From assembly GCA_903813345.2 (NCBI GenBank), contig CAIIXF020000001.1, positions 4,960,001 through 5,024,000 on the forward strand: DNA of 64,000 bases, in the 5' to 3' direction. Source of the stretch: Owenia fusiformis. Its lineage: Eukaryota. Below are positions 14,001 through 29,000 of this stretch, in pieces. Both the position numbers and the translations under genes were made by a program. The notes beneath the pieces were generated by a model. It ran no database searches, had not been told where the DNA came from, and saw only the letters and a program-made list of their open reading frames with translations. Numbering within the stretch: position 1 is the first letter of the stretch; each line of letters opens with the position of its first letter.

Positions 14001-17000
14001 ATGCGCACGCGCAACGAAGCATTTTAAGTGCAGTGTAACACCAAATAATTGCTTCGTTAGGGTTGGATAAAGCCAGTGTGGACACAATTTTTTCGCTAAC
14101 CTTCGTTACAAAAATGCTTCGTTAGACTCAACCCAGCAGTGTAACAGGTACCAATATGTTACAATTTCATGGTTTGGTTTTATAAAATAATGGCAAAGTT
14201 GTTCAAGTTTACAGACAGTTCCGTGACTGAACATCCTGAACGACGTACATGTTCTTGAAAACATTCTCTGACATGTGTGATCGCTTAAGGCACATGGCAA
14301 TATAACATCATTTGAACAAGTGTCAGTGTGTGGGGCTAGATCATTTACAGAAGCCAGATTAATAATTTCATTAGTCATTGTTGTGGCAGCACTTGTAGGT
14401 ATGTATCTGGTCCTTTTAAATTCATTACTGTTACATAAAGCACATTCCCATTCATTCCTCTAAAAGTATATAAAATAAACCAATTTGCAGTTTTAAAGTT
14501 CTAGTACTCAATTTTGCCAAAGAACAGTACTACTATGTTCCTATGACCATTGATGGACACATTAACATTCCAATATAACATTCAGATGAGGCACAATAAT
14601 TTTATTTTGCTATATTTTCTTAATTTGCCTTATTTGATTCATTGTCCTATTATCGTTCATCGGTTACTCTGAGAAGGGTCAATGCGTTGAAGATGCTCTT
14701 TCATCAGTGTATACATGGTTTGATGTCGTTCCCATGGTTATTAAAAACAGACACCTCAAGATTCAATGAATTGTTTCGTACCTACTTGGTTTGCGTCGCT
14801 GTGACCATGTATGATGATTCAATCTGTTGTTTTCCATATTTTGAGGTTGCAGATATTGGCAACACATTCCACTATTTCTTTGTGGATTGTTGCAATGAAA
14901 TCGAGGCAAACTAGTAGGCAATCCAATGTTGTTAGGAAACTTGAATTGAAGAGCTTGAAATGATAAACCATGACATCTCATTTCTTCTCAGCTTTGAGAT
15001 CACTCGTGAAACAGACAGATGCTATGATTGTCAGAATGCTTGACATTTTTGAATGAAGGTGGTCATTTTGAATTTTTTCTTTGCAACACTAGTGTCTGAG
15101 TAGATGTACTAAAGGTAGACAATGCAGGTGCACAAAAATGAATTAAATGTATAGGGAATTCGGTCCGGTTAAAGGCTATATTACGATAAACTCGTAATAT
15201 AAATAACACTCAAAGTTTTGCTTCTTGTGCATAACTCCTTTAATCAAGGAATTATTAGGAATTACACGACATTATTTACTTTACACTGAGGCAAAAATAA
15301 GGTGATACATTTAGTATATCAAGCCCGGTTTATTTTCTTAAGTAATTTACTTCATATTGCTGCATGATATGATTATTATAAGAGGCTTTAATAGTTACAT
15401 TCTGAGGGTAAGCTCCAATAATATAAGATTAATTTAAAGGCCAACAAACACATTCATATTAACAATTTATTCCAAGAAAATGCATATGGTTTAATATGGC
15501 TCATTCTAAGAGTTTTATATGTTTACTATAATCGATTGCCCGTCATTTCAATTCTGAACAATTTGTAATCGTTAATAAAGTTACGCATCGTTATGGAACA
15601 TCAGGCTCATCAATATTTATGTGAGAATCGATTGCTGAGTCAATTAGAGTTCTAGGCCTCATCCGCTTACTCTTGAAGCGGTCCCGGGGTAGCTGTGCTC
15701 TCCTTATTAGAGGTAATATTACATGAGTCAATGTCCCGCTGCGCCTGACCCAATCACTTATTCGTTTTACTTACAGTTAGAAGACCCCGTCGGTTAGCTT
15801 CCTATTTTTTGTAAATTCTATTATTTTGACTATATTATTATCATAGATAATAGTAAAAATGATGATATTTAGGAACATAACACAACATGAAATGTATGTA
15901 CATGTTGTAACATTTGTTATGTGCACTCGAATGGTCAGATCACGTAGAGTACTGTATATATGAAGGGGTTTCACGAGAACAGGCAAAATAATGGAAATCG
16001 CCTGTTGCCTGCTATTTATGAAGCACCTGATACAAGTGACCAAAACTTGATTTACATCACGTTCCTATCACGCCTGATTGTAGTGTAATTGTGGTTTATT
16101 TATTTATAGTTTCAATGCAACACTCAATAATATGAATTTGATTATTGACCCGTCGGCCGTATGGAGAATCATACCAAAGGAGATGTGCGCTTGACACTTT
16201 TATCCTATTTTGCGAGTCGGATTTAACTTTTCCGAATAAAATCACTTTTCGAGATCATATGCCGCTTAACCGCCATGTTGGGTAATAACTTACGATAATT
16301 ATATCCGATGCAATAGTAAACACCCAGCTTTAATCATTGTTAGAAACACAGACGTCTTTATTATTAGTAACATAATGTCTTAGTACCATGTGTGTAAAGA
16401 CATGAACATGATATAACAATTTTGTGGGATTTGCCAGATACCAACCCCTCCAACAGAGAGTTTGGTAGACGATTACATATGGTGTTTCAATACTCCAATC
16501 TAAGTGAAACCTTATATGTAGGTTCCCACGGGGTATTCAGGTTCCAGGTAGTCATTAAAAACCGGATCGATATAAACCGGTCAGGAACCTGAAGTCAAGC
16601 TCACAGAAATATCATTTCACAGATTTTCTTCGGTGTACCAAACTGATTTAAAGTATATCATATAAAATGTCACTGTTTTCTTTGATCAAAGTATACAAAT
16701 ATATGGAACAATATGCATTCAAAATACCAATCTGTGAGCATAGATGCGATACTCTTGTTAACTTAAAATTGTCGTTTCCTTGCTCTGGTAGTTTTTGCTG
16801 AATCCATGTCCAATTTCTGTTGATCCAGTTTTTATTTCCTACCAAGTTCCAGGTCATTACAAGCAGAGTTTTATAATGCTGTTTCAAATGCTAATTGAAA
16901 AGTACAGATGTGTGGAAAGTATCAACGAAAATGATTAATAACATGTTGAATAGCGAGCTGGAGAAGTAGAAAAAATGAATAAGGTTCAGTGATCTTCACA

Positions 17001-20000
17001 CAGATGTCTGATTTAGCAGAACAACAGGTTACTGTTTAAATGACACTCGCCGAATGACATTGTTATCATGTCGAACGTAATTCTACAGCATTTTCTCATA
17101 ACAAATAATGAATTGCAGCATTAGCCTCAATTTTCAGAAATCTGGTGTCCGTTTACATCATGTCATGGCGTATTATTGGCCTTATGATTCGTTCAATAAA
17201 GAAATTATTTTTATATTTGTCTATTTTAAATCCGATTCGAAAAGAATAGGTACCGCTTGACAAAATGGATTTCCCAGGTCCTGGGATTGCCGTTCTATAG
17301 TTCGAGAGATACAAATGGACATAGAATGTCCAAGTTCCACCATCCGTACTTATGTGTCCTCGTAAAGAATGTAAAGGCCCCTAGTGTGTCCTGTCCATCA
17401 ACTCAATCCACTCATTTATTTGGTCAATAATCTAGTGTGTCCGGTCCATCAACTCTTTCCAATCATTTACTTGGACAATAATCGAATGATATTCTTCTCT
17501 GATGTATCGAGTGAAACACACTCTTGACATTAAAATGTTTAAAAGTTATCTAAATAATGATCAAATCTGGACGATATATAATGTGCATTTAAAGCCCCTA
17601 ATGGAATACGTGTTTATGCCTTAAAGCTTTGTATCATCTGCAAAACCTAAAACAAAACTTATTTTCTGAGTTGAAATATGTATTATCTTCTGTTTCTCAT
17701 TTCCCAATAATATTTTGTGAATTTCAGAAAAATTTGGAGAATTGAAATCCCCGAAACCAATGATAAGTGAATACTTCTCATCATGAAATGTAAGGTTAAT
17801 AGAATTCACACAATGGGAATGAGGTATTCTGTGAGGTACTGTACTTGTTCATGTAGAAAGACTATTACACACAAAAGTTTTAGAATAATCATGTGAATAA
17901 TGATTTTCTTCTTTCAGACTAAAACCTATTATGATCCCATATATGAGGAATTGGAAAATGGAACAAAGATATTAGGTAAGTCATTCAATTACATTCTAAG
18001 TTATGCCCATAGTACAATTACAAATGTCACTAGTGTAGCACAAGACTTCCTGCTTTGTACTGTAAAAGCTCCAAAATATTATTAAATTATTAAATATTAT
18101 TAAATATCATTGCAAATAAAACAAGGCTTAGTGTGAATGAGATCACATCACACAGGTTGCACTAGTTATTTAGCGACAAAGAATAAAAGATATATACAAT
18201 TGCAACTATATTCCACCAGTGGTGCAGTGAAAAGGTTCACAACGCTTCACTCAACATTTTTTCTGGTGCAACATAGTATTTATGGCAGCCGTTTTTAAAG
18301 AGTGTGATAAATCAAGAAACCTGTTTCTAATATTAGGTCATGGTTTAAAACTCATCAGCCAATTTACAAGCTTTTTGATGATTGTTTTTTAAATGAATCT
18401 GCCGCCATTTTATCACAACTCAACATATCTATCGTAAATCTATAGAGTCTCATAGCTAAAACATATTAAGTTATATCAAAACAACAAAAAACGACCATAT
18501 GCTCAAATCTAGTACTCTGTCGTCTCGTTGAAATATTCATGAAGTGGTTGAGAAGGACTTTAATGATCATGAATAACCGAATTTGTTTGAACTGTCCAAT
18601 GGTAAATGACTGTGTTTACATTGTATTTGGAGAAGTAATAATGTTAAGATGAAGTTGAGATATTCTTTTTGTGCATTGTGTAATGTATACAACGACTTTT
18701 CCAACCATTTTGATATAACTGTTGCTCCCTTGAGCTGTGTCCACACAGATATCACACGCTGGAAAGATTCGTTGACATCCAGTGTGGGGCATTGAGGTAT
18801 CACAATTTAGAAAGCGAGACAGTTGAATTGTTTTATATCACCCTGTAGAGGGTATTTGATAATGGCCATCCCCCCAGTTATCGATCCTAGATGACATACA
18901 TCCATTGTGATCATATGAAAGTCTAGACTTGAAGCAAGTTTGAATTAGCTCAGCACTCAGCAGCATTTGCAACTTGCTACAAAAAGTGCTCATTTGATTG
19001 ATGGCATGCACTCGAACAGTCACATCGTGTAGGAATAAATGACACAATGGATGATTATACAAGTATCTGCTCCTCTCTTTAAATTATCGGCCCTTGGGCT
19101 AAGATTTCACTATGTTGCCCTTTGAAATGGGGCTATTAGTATATTGAATAGATTATTGGGCGTGTTATGTAGGATTGGCTATTGACGAGGGATGGGGTCA
19201 TTATGAAACACCCTGTATTCTTACAATTGCAATTTATGAAAATTTGAAAATGGATCTTAATTTTGATTTCCCCAAAATATTGTATTTTACTACGAAGCCC
19301 ATATAAGATTTATTTCTCTTTTCTGTTATAGTAAGATGTAGCTAATGTATCGGTTTTAACCAATGATTAAGCCTTCAACTCATCTATAATTGATTCGACA
19401 TTATAGATACTGGGAACACTTTGAATTCCCGTGGTAGTCCATGTTACTTTTAAATTGTATTTAGAGTCCAACAAAAGAAGCGATGGCGCCTATTTGTTGT
19501 CATAGAAACCAGTAAATTGTATAATAAGAAAACAATTATGTACCCTCGATAAGTTCCCATATCCCAAGGGAAATTATATTTCCTACAGAAATCTCGTTGT
19601 TGACGGTTATATTAATGATTTTCAACACTTTAAAAAGTAAAACCCGCCAAGTAAATGAATTTTGCCCTAAATTAAAGCAAGACATGTTATATGACTTGCC
19701 AAGTCTTTTCGCCTTAATTCTTTCTTGATTTCTCCGGCGACCATTTGGATGCACCAGACTATTTTCATGATTTCCCTGCCTTTCACGTTACATTCCCAAA
19801 CGTTTGTCATCCGGGAGTTTTCATCGGATAGTATATCAAAGTCCATCAATGCTTGAATCTTAATTTTGTTCATACTATTGTACAATAACATCTTACAGTA
19901 ATTTGGCAAAAGATGAATCTTTTAATCGACAAAAGCTGCAACCGGGATGGGGGCATTCTGATACTCATAGCATCTCACTCTCTGTTGCATCGCTATCCGG

Positions 20001-23000
20001 AAGGATAGAGATGGAGAAGGCGTGGCTTACCACGATAGGATGGGGGTCTAATACTGCTTTAATATCGTATATCAGCGAATATTGTTTGTGAAATGAGTGT
20101 GTGTGTGTGTGTGTGTGTGTGTGTTGGGGAGGGTACTCCAAAATTCACATTAAGTACTTTCCAATTTTTACATGGATCTACTCTGTACGTCCTTGACAAA
20201 TTTCTCAACAAATTGGAACCATCCTCTTGAGATTTCAATACTTTATTTTGAATTTATCTTAATTGTTTGAAATGGTCGCGTTCCTAAATGGAAGTCGAAA
20301 CCAATCATTTCATTAGCTCAGCCTGAAGTAATCTTCCTAAACATGGAGTAATTTTCTGCCGTGAACTGAATAACTTAATTGTATCTTTGTGTTCAGGTCT
20401 CTTCATGTCACACCACACTAAATAATCTTTAACAATTAGGGTCACGGCTGGAGCCATACAATTTGCAATTGAAAAGTTGGCCTAGATTCCTTACTCAGTG
20501 CAGTATATGTTTAGTATATACGCATAACTGGGACTTTTAAATGTGATAATGAGGATTTTATTCTCTAAAGTCATACGATTTCTCGTATGTATTCTAGCAT
20601 TAGAAAAAATTGCGAAATACACAAGTAATAAAGATGTTCCCTGTTATCTCAACTTTGTTCCATACAAACCCCTTGCTGACAGTTAGAGCAAATATATGTC
20701 TATGTATACAATGCACATAATGTATCATTGTGCATTTCAATTAGCATTGACACTCTATTTCTCAAGTTTCTATTGACCTTTTACATTACATTATTTTTAT
20801 TGTCTGTTTATTTTTCAGTCGAAAAGAGATCCCGCGTTGGTAAACAAGAGGGGATGAACATCCTAGGTATACTCGTTTTTACTATAGCCCTTGGCATCGT
20901 TCTTAGCAAGCTTGGGGAAAGGGGTCGTACTATCGTTCAGTTTTTTGACGGACTGAACGAGGCGACCATGATACTCGTCAACATGGTAATATGGTAAGTG
21001 TGTATTATGAATAAAACAATGAAATTACTTTAAATTATACAATGCAAACCCATTTGCCCCGGGAAGTGCAAGCGCAAGGGACTTTGTATATTGCTTTTTA
21101 TCGTGAGAAGATTTAGGACATGTTCGCTGTCTAATTACCTTAAACGATTTTAAGTGCTTTGTAAATGTATGCCATCGTATGTCAGCATTTATCAAGTAAA
21201 CGCTTTTTGATAAGCTTTGCGTGCTTTCTCATAGAACATATAGGCTAATACATTCGCTAATGTTTGCTTCATATCAGAAAGTGAAAGGATGTAAGGACAG
21301 TTATTTCTGCCTTCTGCCTTGTCATAAATATAAAATTTATTTACTTTTGTGTATAGCTTTATTCATGCAAACTGTTAATAACACAATATCACACGAGTTA
21401 CTTCGCATTGAATACATTATAAGTCACCTATTAATGAAAGTGAACAAAAATTAGTCTTTAAAGGAATATTCCTTGCCAAACCATCTCTCTCCTCATATGG
21501 TAGCTATAACCATATATATGCTTGCCATGTTTAGCAAAACACGCAAAAATGTTTTGATATGGTCAAATTTGATCACTTAGAAATGTGATGCTCAATTCCA
21601 GTAAGCTGCCATCTTTTAAAATTTCACACAAAGTGATATCATCGACTCTTAACTTTGCATATAGCATTAGGCGAAGAGCTATTAAGAATTACAAAACCAG
21701 CTAAATATTCTTTTTCAATTGTGTATCTTATTTAATCCTTCTGAACATCTCTTCTTTTATTCTAAGTTGACAAGCCCTGAAAATATTTTTGCACAGAAAG
21801 TAATGATCACTTGTCTAGAAGTGATTTTGTGCTACTTTCCTATACTGTTATGGGCAAGGTTATAGAAGTTGAGAGTTGATGACATCACTTCCTGCAAGAA
21901 ATCTTAAAAGATGGCAGCTCACTGGAAATAAGCACTAGATTTTTAAATGATCAATATTGACCATATTAAAACATTTTCCCATGTTTTGCTGAATATGGAA
22001 ACTATATATATGATTATAGCTACCATATCAAGAGAGAAAGGGTCTGGCAAGGAATATTCCTTTAAATGAAAGTCATATTGCTATTAGAGCATTACACTGG
22101 CTGTGCTCAATCAACACAATTCCTGGAAAATATTGCGCTTATCTTTTAAATATCTATATTTTGTTTATACTAGAGTGTTTCATGGCTAAGAAAAGGACAG
22201 AGGTTTTCCTGCTGTTCTTAAACAAGTTTTGATATCTAACATTAAGAGCTCACAAAGCTGCTGTCCACATATCTGAGATATACTACTCCATATAGTCTAA
22301 CCCCTGGGCAAACCTTATCCTCCTTTCGTGATTCTAAAATCTCTTAAAGAACTGTTGAAGGTCCATATAATTACATCCCATCATCCCTAACACCACCCAT
22401 ACCTTCGCAATCCATATCTATACCAAGATTTCTTGTTTAGTGGGGGACGTGATGTATTTTCCCCGATACATTCATTATTCAGTAGTTTTGAGAGCTTAAA
22501 TCTCAACACCGAGGGCTGTACTTACGTACATCCTTTTAAAATTAGATGGGACGACTTTGGCGACTCCATTTATAAATCAATCTCAAAGCCAAGGGGAGAC
22601 TCGTGACTTTTGAGTAGATTTCCCTCTTTATGTTGTAGAGTCCTCAATACTAAAACGAATTTAAATGATGAGTGCAAGGGCAGGTGTAAAAACTCAATAT
22701 CATTCAAATTGTAATTCCACACAAGGGAACAGTTCACCATTCTGATTTATTATAGCCCCTCTTTACCAATGGATAGAACAGTCTGTGGGTCCCAAAAGGA
22801 CAGTTCTCCACTTCACAAAAGGATTATAAAACAGATAATAAACGTCAGTTCAATTATACTCCTTTATTGCATATCCACAATAGCAGAACATATCATTTCC
22901 AAAAGGCTACTTCATCCTCTCTTGTCTAATGATCTTTCCTGCAATCTTCTAAGTGGCTTCCTTCCTGGACAAGGCATCCAGTCTCATTTGTTTAATGAAT

Positions 23001-26000
23001 TAAGAATTCAAAATAGATTGTTGCAATGATAATGAAAGTATGTCAATGAACGATGCGTTTACACTTAGTTCATTAGGCAAATTGATGAACCACATGCGTT
23101 TTAGATTTAAATATATTGTCACGAGAACGAATTAACAATTGAAGAAGCTATTGACATGACGTGTTGTTTGTTCTAGTTTCATGCTAGTATATGAATTTTA
23201 CCTTAGACTGTTCTTTGTGAACACATTAGCAAAACTTATTTCCTCTATCACCGTTGGTGCTAAAATACGTATGCTTAACATCGCTTTTCAGAAATTGTCT
23301 TAATATTCCTATCCATGCGCTTGATAGCAACAATGCCATGTATGATAGCAACAATGTCATTCGTACAGTGTATTTTCTTCAATGTCTTTAACTTTTATTC
23401 AGTCGTGCATGGATGTTTGGAAAACATATTTTAACACCACAAAATAACATTTTTGTAATATTTTGTACTCTTTATTCCAGGTATTCACCAGTTGGTGTAA
23501 TGTTTCTGATAGCAGCTAAACTGATAGAGATGGATGACATTGGAGAAACAGTTCGACAAGTGGGCATGTACACTCTAACTGTATTAACTGGACTTTTTAT
23601 ACATGGCTTTATTGTGCTACCTTTACTCTATTTTCTTTTGGTACGCAAGAACCCATTCAGATTTATATATGGAGTGTTGCAAGCTATCATCACAGCATTC
23701 GGTACTGCGTCAAGGTAATACATTATTATTAGATTTGATTATTTAACCATCCCTGTTGAGAAAGGTCAACGTGTTATCTTAAAGTCAGACATATTGTGGT
23801 TGTGATAATGAACTTAACTCTATAAACAGGAATCAAATAAAAACATCCCTTCAATTCTCATCATTATGTACAGGGTGACCACTATGTTCAGGAACTTGTA
23901 ATCCTATTATATCTTCACCAATTAAAATAAATTGTTGAAGTCAAATGGGAAAAATTTATGAGCATAACAAAAGGCATTATTGTGCAAGTATGTCACAATG
24001 GATACGAATTGTCACATGAGCAGCTTTACATCGTGACACGAGGCCTAAACATGGTATTCATGTGTGGTCAATGTTCCAACTGCTGGGAACTTAATAATAT
24101 CTCCTCAACTAATTCATAAATTGTCAGACGGATAACTACTTGAGAAATAGGTGTCCATAACTTGCAAAGTACGTTATCGCATATTGAAGCACTTCGTTGA
24201 ATTGAACATTCTTTATCAATTTCAGTAAGATTTTCCACCTGGACATTCTACTTACAAAGGTAGCTCAATGTATCAAGTAAATGGTCAAGTTAATTGTCCA
24301 AGACGTTCTAAATATGCCATGTTTTCGCTGTTCCTATCAAAATATCCAATCGTGATCGCCTTCTTTAATTTTTGCGGAAATGATATCAATAAGTCAATGA
24401 CTTAAGAATGTAAACCGGGAAAATCATTGACTGATATAATGCAAGAAAAGATTGATAAGAAACAAGCACCTCGTTATGTGTACACACTCTTTTACTAATA
24501 TAGAAATTCTGCAACGAGATTGTTGGACACTATTTACCCCATATACAGCACTATTTCATGCCTTTCATCAAGTCACATATCAGATTAATCGAAGCGACTT
24601 CAAAAATGAATGCATGATTATAACTTTCTAACCCTGATAAAGTGGATTGCTAACTATCTCTATCTAAGTGTTATTTTACAAATATTCCTGCTACAAAATT
24701 GAATTAAAGTAAAACCAACCAAATATTCCCCAGCAATAGCAACCAATATTTCCCCGGAAGTGACAAAACAATTTACATTGTACATGAACTTTACCTTCCT
24801 GCACCAGTCATTAATATCTTGAACACGATAAATTGATGGTTGCTCTGCGCCAACAAAAATCATTTTACTCTAATTTCAAGCAAGCCAGAGCACTTATTTT
24901 TTAGGATGATTTACCGTTCGAGTCGAAATCAACCTTGTATAAATAGTGATGGATTTGATAAAGGTCTACTGAACCCACCCGTTTCAACTGTGCATCCTCA
25001 AACAATGAATCAAATCACAAATTACATTCCAATTAAATGACAAGCCTTCTTATTCTAACTCAAAGAGCCATGGAAGGCCATCAATAATATTATACTTATA
25101 TGTTCTGATAAAGAAAAAATCATCTGTAATATGATGTGATATTCACTAGATTCTTCGAGTCACAATCAAGACAAAAAGTTTGGAGAAAGATTCTTGGAGC
25201 ACGTATTGCAAAAGGTTGTACCCTGTATTTAATAGCTAGAGGACGTATCGAGACGTATTAAGTGAAGTATTATACATCCCTTTCACGACTTGAGTTTATT
25301 TCCCAAATGAGGATAGTTAAACGATCAGTTAATTCATCATCGTGTCACCAGTAACCCTTTAAATTATGTTAGTATTGGCATTCTGGAATTATAATACAGA
25401 CAAAGTGATGCATTGAAGGATTTTTAATTAATTATAGCATGTAGGAATTTATCGGTTATCTTCATGTGCAATCGAGTTGCAAGTTCCCCAGTCTTGTGTG
25501 CAGGATGTGAAAGTCGTAAAACGTCAACAGTAGCATAGAGACGATCTTATTGTATGAAACACACTTCTGGATCGATTTTTAGACATTGGGGAGCTAACTT
25601 GGCTGCCAAACCATAAAAATCTGTAAAATGCACGATGCATCAAGTCATATCATCAAATAATGATGACGATGATGATAATGCAATTTTGGTATCTAAGAGG
25701 CAAATATGTCCAAATGAAGTTGATTCATGTTATTGTTAAGAGGAGTGAATTTAGTGATGGAGGTTAATGGTAGAGTTTAATCAGAATGAAAAATTGATTT
25801 CAAAATTATCTGGCGACTATAATAAGGCAATGATAGCCAATCATACCAAATTATCTATTTTACAATTTTGTAAGGCATTTTCAATGATAACATTGAATGA
25901 TCATTGACATACTCTAAGAATATGGTACGGGACCATCAATTATCAGGTCAAATACATAATTGTAATTACATAATAATATAATACTACATGCTACATAATG

Positions 26001-29000
26001 CTAAGTCATTAGTATTATAGGGCAATGCATGCACAATACCTTCAGCTAGTATACCTTCAAAGATGTCAAATAATTTGCAATGCATCGCTTTGAAAAGGAT
26101 CCCCATGGTATCAGTAGTTGTAATGTAAAAATAGCATGGATCGTGATACACTGACACTTGCAAAGTTCTGAATATTCATGCAAAACACTTGCTGTATAAC
26201 ATGCGTTATTCCTTTGAGAAATTCCATTATGGTTGAAACAACTCGATATTAGCTTACATATTAGCCCTCCAGGTACCTTGCTTCCTGGTAACACTCGTTG
26301 GATCGCCTGTGTGAATGGTTCAGCAATTACATCACAGAACCTGAACATCAGGGGTATAAATTTGCAATTCAGAAATCCATTAATACTCTCATCATCAAGT
26401 ACATTTCAAGCTTCTGTAACAATGCATCGTAAGCCTGTGTTGAGTAGAATAATGGAATAGAATTATCTCCGATGTTAATTGTAGATTGATGACAAGGCAA
26501 GGAAGGGAACTAGAAATCAAATGTCAATTCTATATCAGAATTGACAACCAGTATGATTGAAAGATAGATGAATAAAAATATAAAGTAATAACACCAATCC
26601 TTAGCATTGAACCATTCGTAAACTTTTTTTTTAGATAATCCTTCTTGAACTTATGTAGTGGTACAGTATCATGCATTGTTTATTAGTTCCTTGTGACCCT
26701 AAAATACCATTTGAGAGAGAATGCAAAATCCAGAATGCAATATTCCAAATTTTTCGAAGATGTTCAAACGTAACATTTTGAAAAGAACATGTGAAGCATT
26801 TTCATATTTTTATAATGCGCCTTGCACTGTACAGTATAATGGAGTATTTGATGATTAAAAATTCAACTTTTATTTGAAAAATGGCGGAAAATTTGAATCT
26901 TTGAGAAATAAAAAGTTAGATAAAAAACTTTTTTCAAAGGAGGCCTTTAAACAAATCAACGAGTACCTATCCCATCGGTTTAAAATCCAAATATACAGTA
27001 TCTACATATAGATCATGTGCTTTCCATGTTTACTAGCCTCAGTATTGTGAGGTTCCAGAAAGCTGACCTTTCAAACTTGTAAATTGCTATTTCTTTCATC
27101 TCATAGCTTTATCTCAGATCTCACTAATTATAATTTGAAACAATATTATATGTGTGAACTTTTTGATTGACTTCCCATGCTTGATTGGAGAGAACATCTG
27201 AAATAGATGAGTAGCTTTTGATCTCTAATTGTTACGATGTAGGGAGAGGTGCGTACGCATCGAGGAGATTTTGAGTTTGGCAACGGAAGAGTGAAGGTGT
27301 TGTAGTACACAGTTAAGATATACATATTTTAAGAATAGAAACACTTGAGTTTGATTAATGTATTTTTGTAAAATCAACTCAAAAGCAAGACCCCAACCAT
27401 ATCTATTCGTTTTTTGTTGCAGTTCAGCGACTCTTCCAGTGACATTTAGATGTCTTGAAGAAATAAATGGCGTGGACAAGAGGGTGACACGCTTTGTTCT
27501 ACCGATAGGCGCCACTATTAATATGGACGGTACCGCACTTTATGAGGCAGTGGCCGCCATCTTTATTGGTCAGATCAATGGCTATGACCTAAACATAGGC
27601 CAAGTTATAACTACTAGGTAGGTTGAAAACTACGGAACCACCACTTGTTCAGGTTATCACTCGTTACAGTGATGGCAAAACACTTAGACCTATATTTACT
27701 ATCGGGGTTATGTTTTGCTGTAATAATTTATTTCACTTCCACTAACTGGAATCTTACTCAAGTTAACATCCCACCAAACGAAGTTCTTGAGGAATATAGA
27801 GAAGCTGTCTGTTTGAAGTCCACCCGTCTGTCTGTTCTTAAATACCGGTTGTCGGATTTACCTCAAATAATATAATGTGTTGGTGCTTGACCTCTGTTTG
27901 AACGGGAATGTTTTATATAAACCATTTACTTCCACTTACGGCTGCCACTTTATGTGAAAATATAATTCATGATATCTCAAATATACTTGAATTGGTTTCA
28001 AAACAACTGCTCAACTCAAAGTAATTTGGGTATTTTGATGGAATGTGTTTCGCTGGGTGGGATTTGCTTCTCCGTGGAGTTTTTCTTGTTTTCGCATATA
28101 GATTGTGGCAAGCTAGAATCGTATGGTGTGGTTATCAGTTAAGTGAATGCTAAGTGCTGTTCTATCAATTTCACTTCGTGGAACCCTGTCAATTTAATCA
28201 GCTTTATAGCAGCTTTTGCAAATAAAAAGGGTATTAGGAAACGCTTTCATGTGCATAAGCCAATCTTCAAGTCCAAGTAAGACTATTTTCGTAAACATAA
28301 TATTTCTTGATTTCAGTTTGACTGCAACATTGACATCAATAGGTGCTGCTGGGATACCACAGGCATCCCTTGTCATGATCCCCATTGTACTGACCGCAGT
28401 CAACCTACCAGCAGACGATATAGCTATTATACTCACCGTCGATTGGTTATTGTAAGTTTCTACAAATTAATTATCGAACACTTCCCCTAGTTACATTTGA
28501 CAATACGATGTTTGATGAAAAAATACTGTTAAAACATTAATAACAAGCAACATACAACATATTAATCAATATTAATACAACAGATGAATATTTCAAATAA
28601 CCTCTTATTATGGAACAAATATACATTTCCACACTCTTCTATTAACCATTCATGTGACTTTTGCATTACAACTACCAGTTAATGTTATCATCTTCGTTCT
28701 TTTCTATGACTATTACTATTGAGGGAATAGTACGTTATATAAATAATGTATTTTCTATTATCACGGTATCGATCAATCATAACCTCTGTTCACTGGTTAT
28801 CATTCCATGTTGCATTTTTAGTAATTGGTTCAGAGAATCAGAATACATGAATAGTTTTGAGAAAAAATCAAATACAATCGGAACTTCTGATGAAAAACGG
28901 GCAAAGGAGTGAAACCCTTTACTATGTACCATTCAAATGAATTTCAAATTCAATTGTTAAATACCTTGTAAATAAAAAAGTTCATTTTTATATCTACATT

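Noticed and set aside
14600..15100. LINE reverse-transcriptase remnant (LLVCLDF...)
   Set aside because: Only one short motif among many stops; too weak to call without a search.
19536..19909. Sola-like transposase remnant ([16 protein letters not shown])
   Set aside because: Faint resemblance only; no termini or catalytic motifs found.
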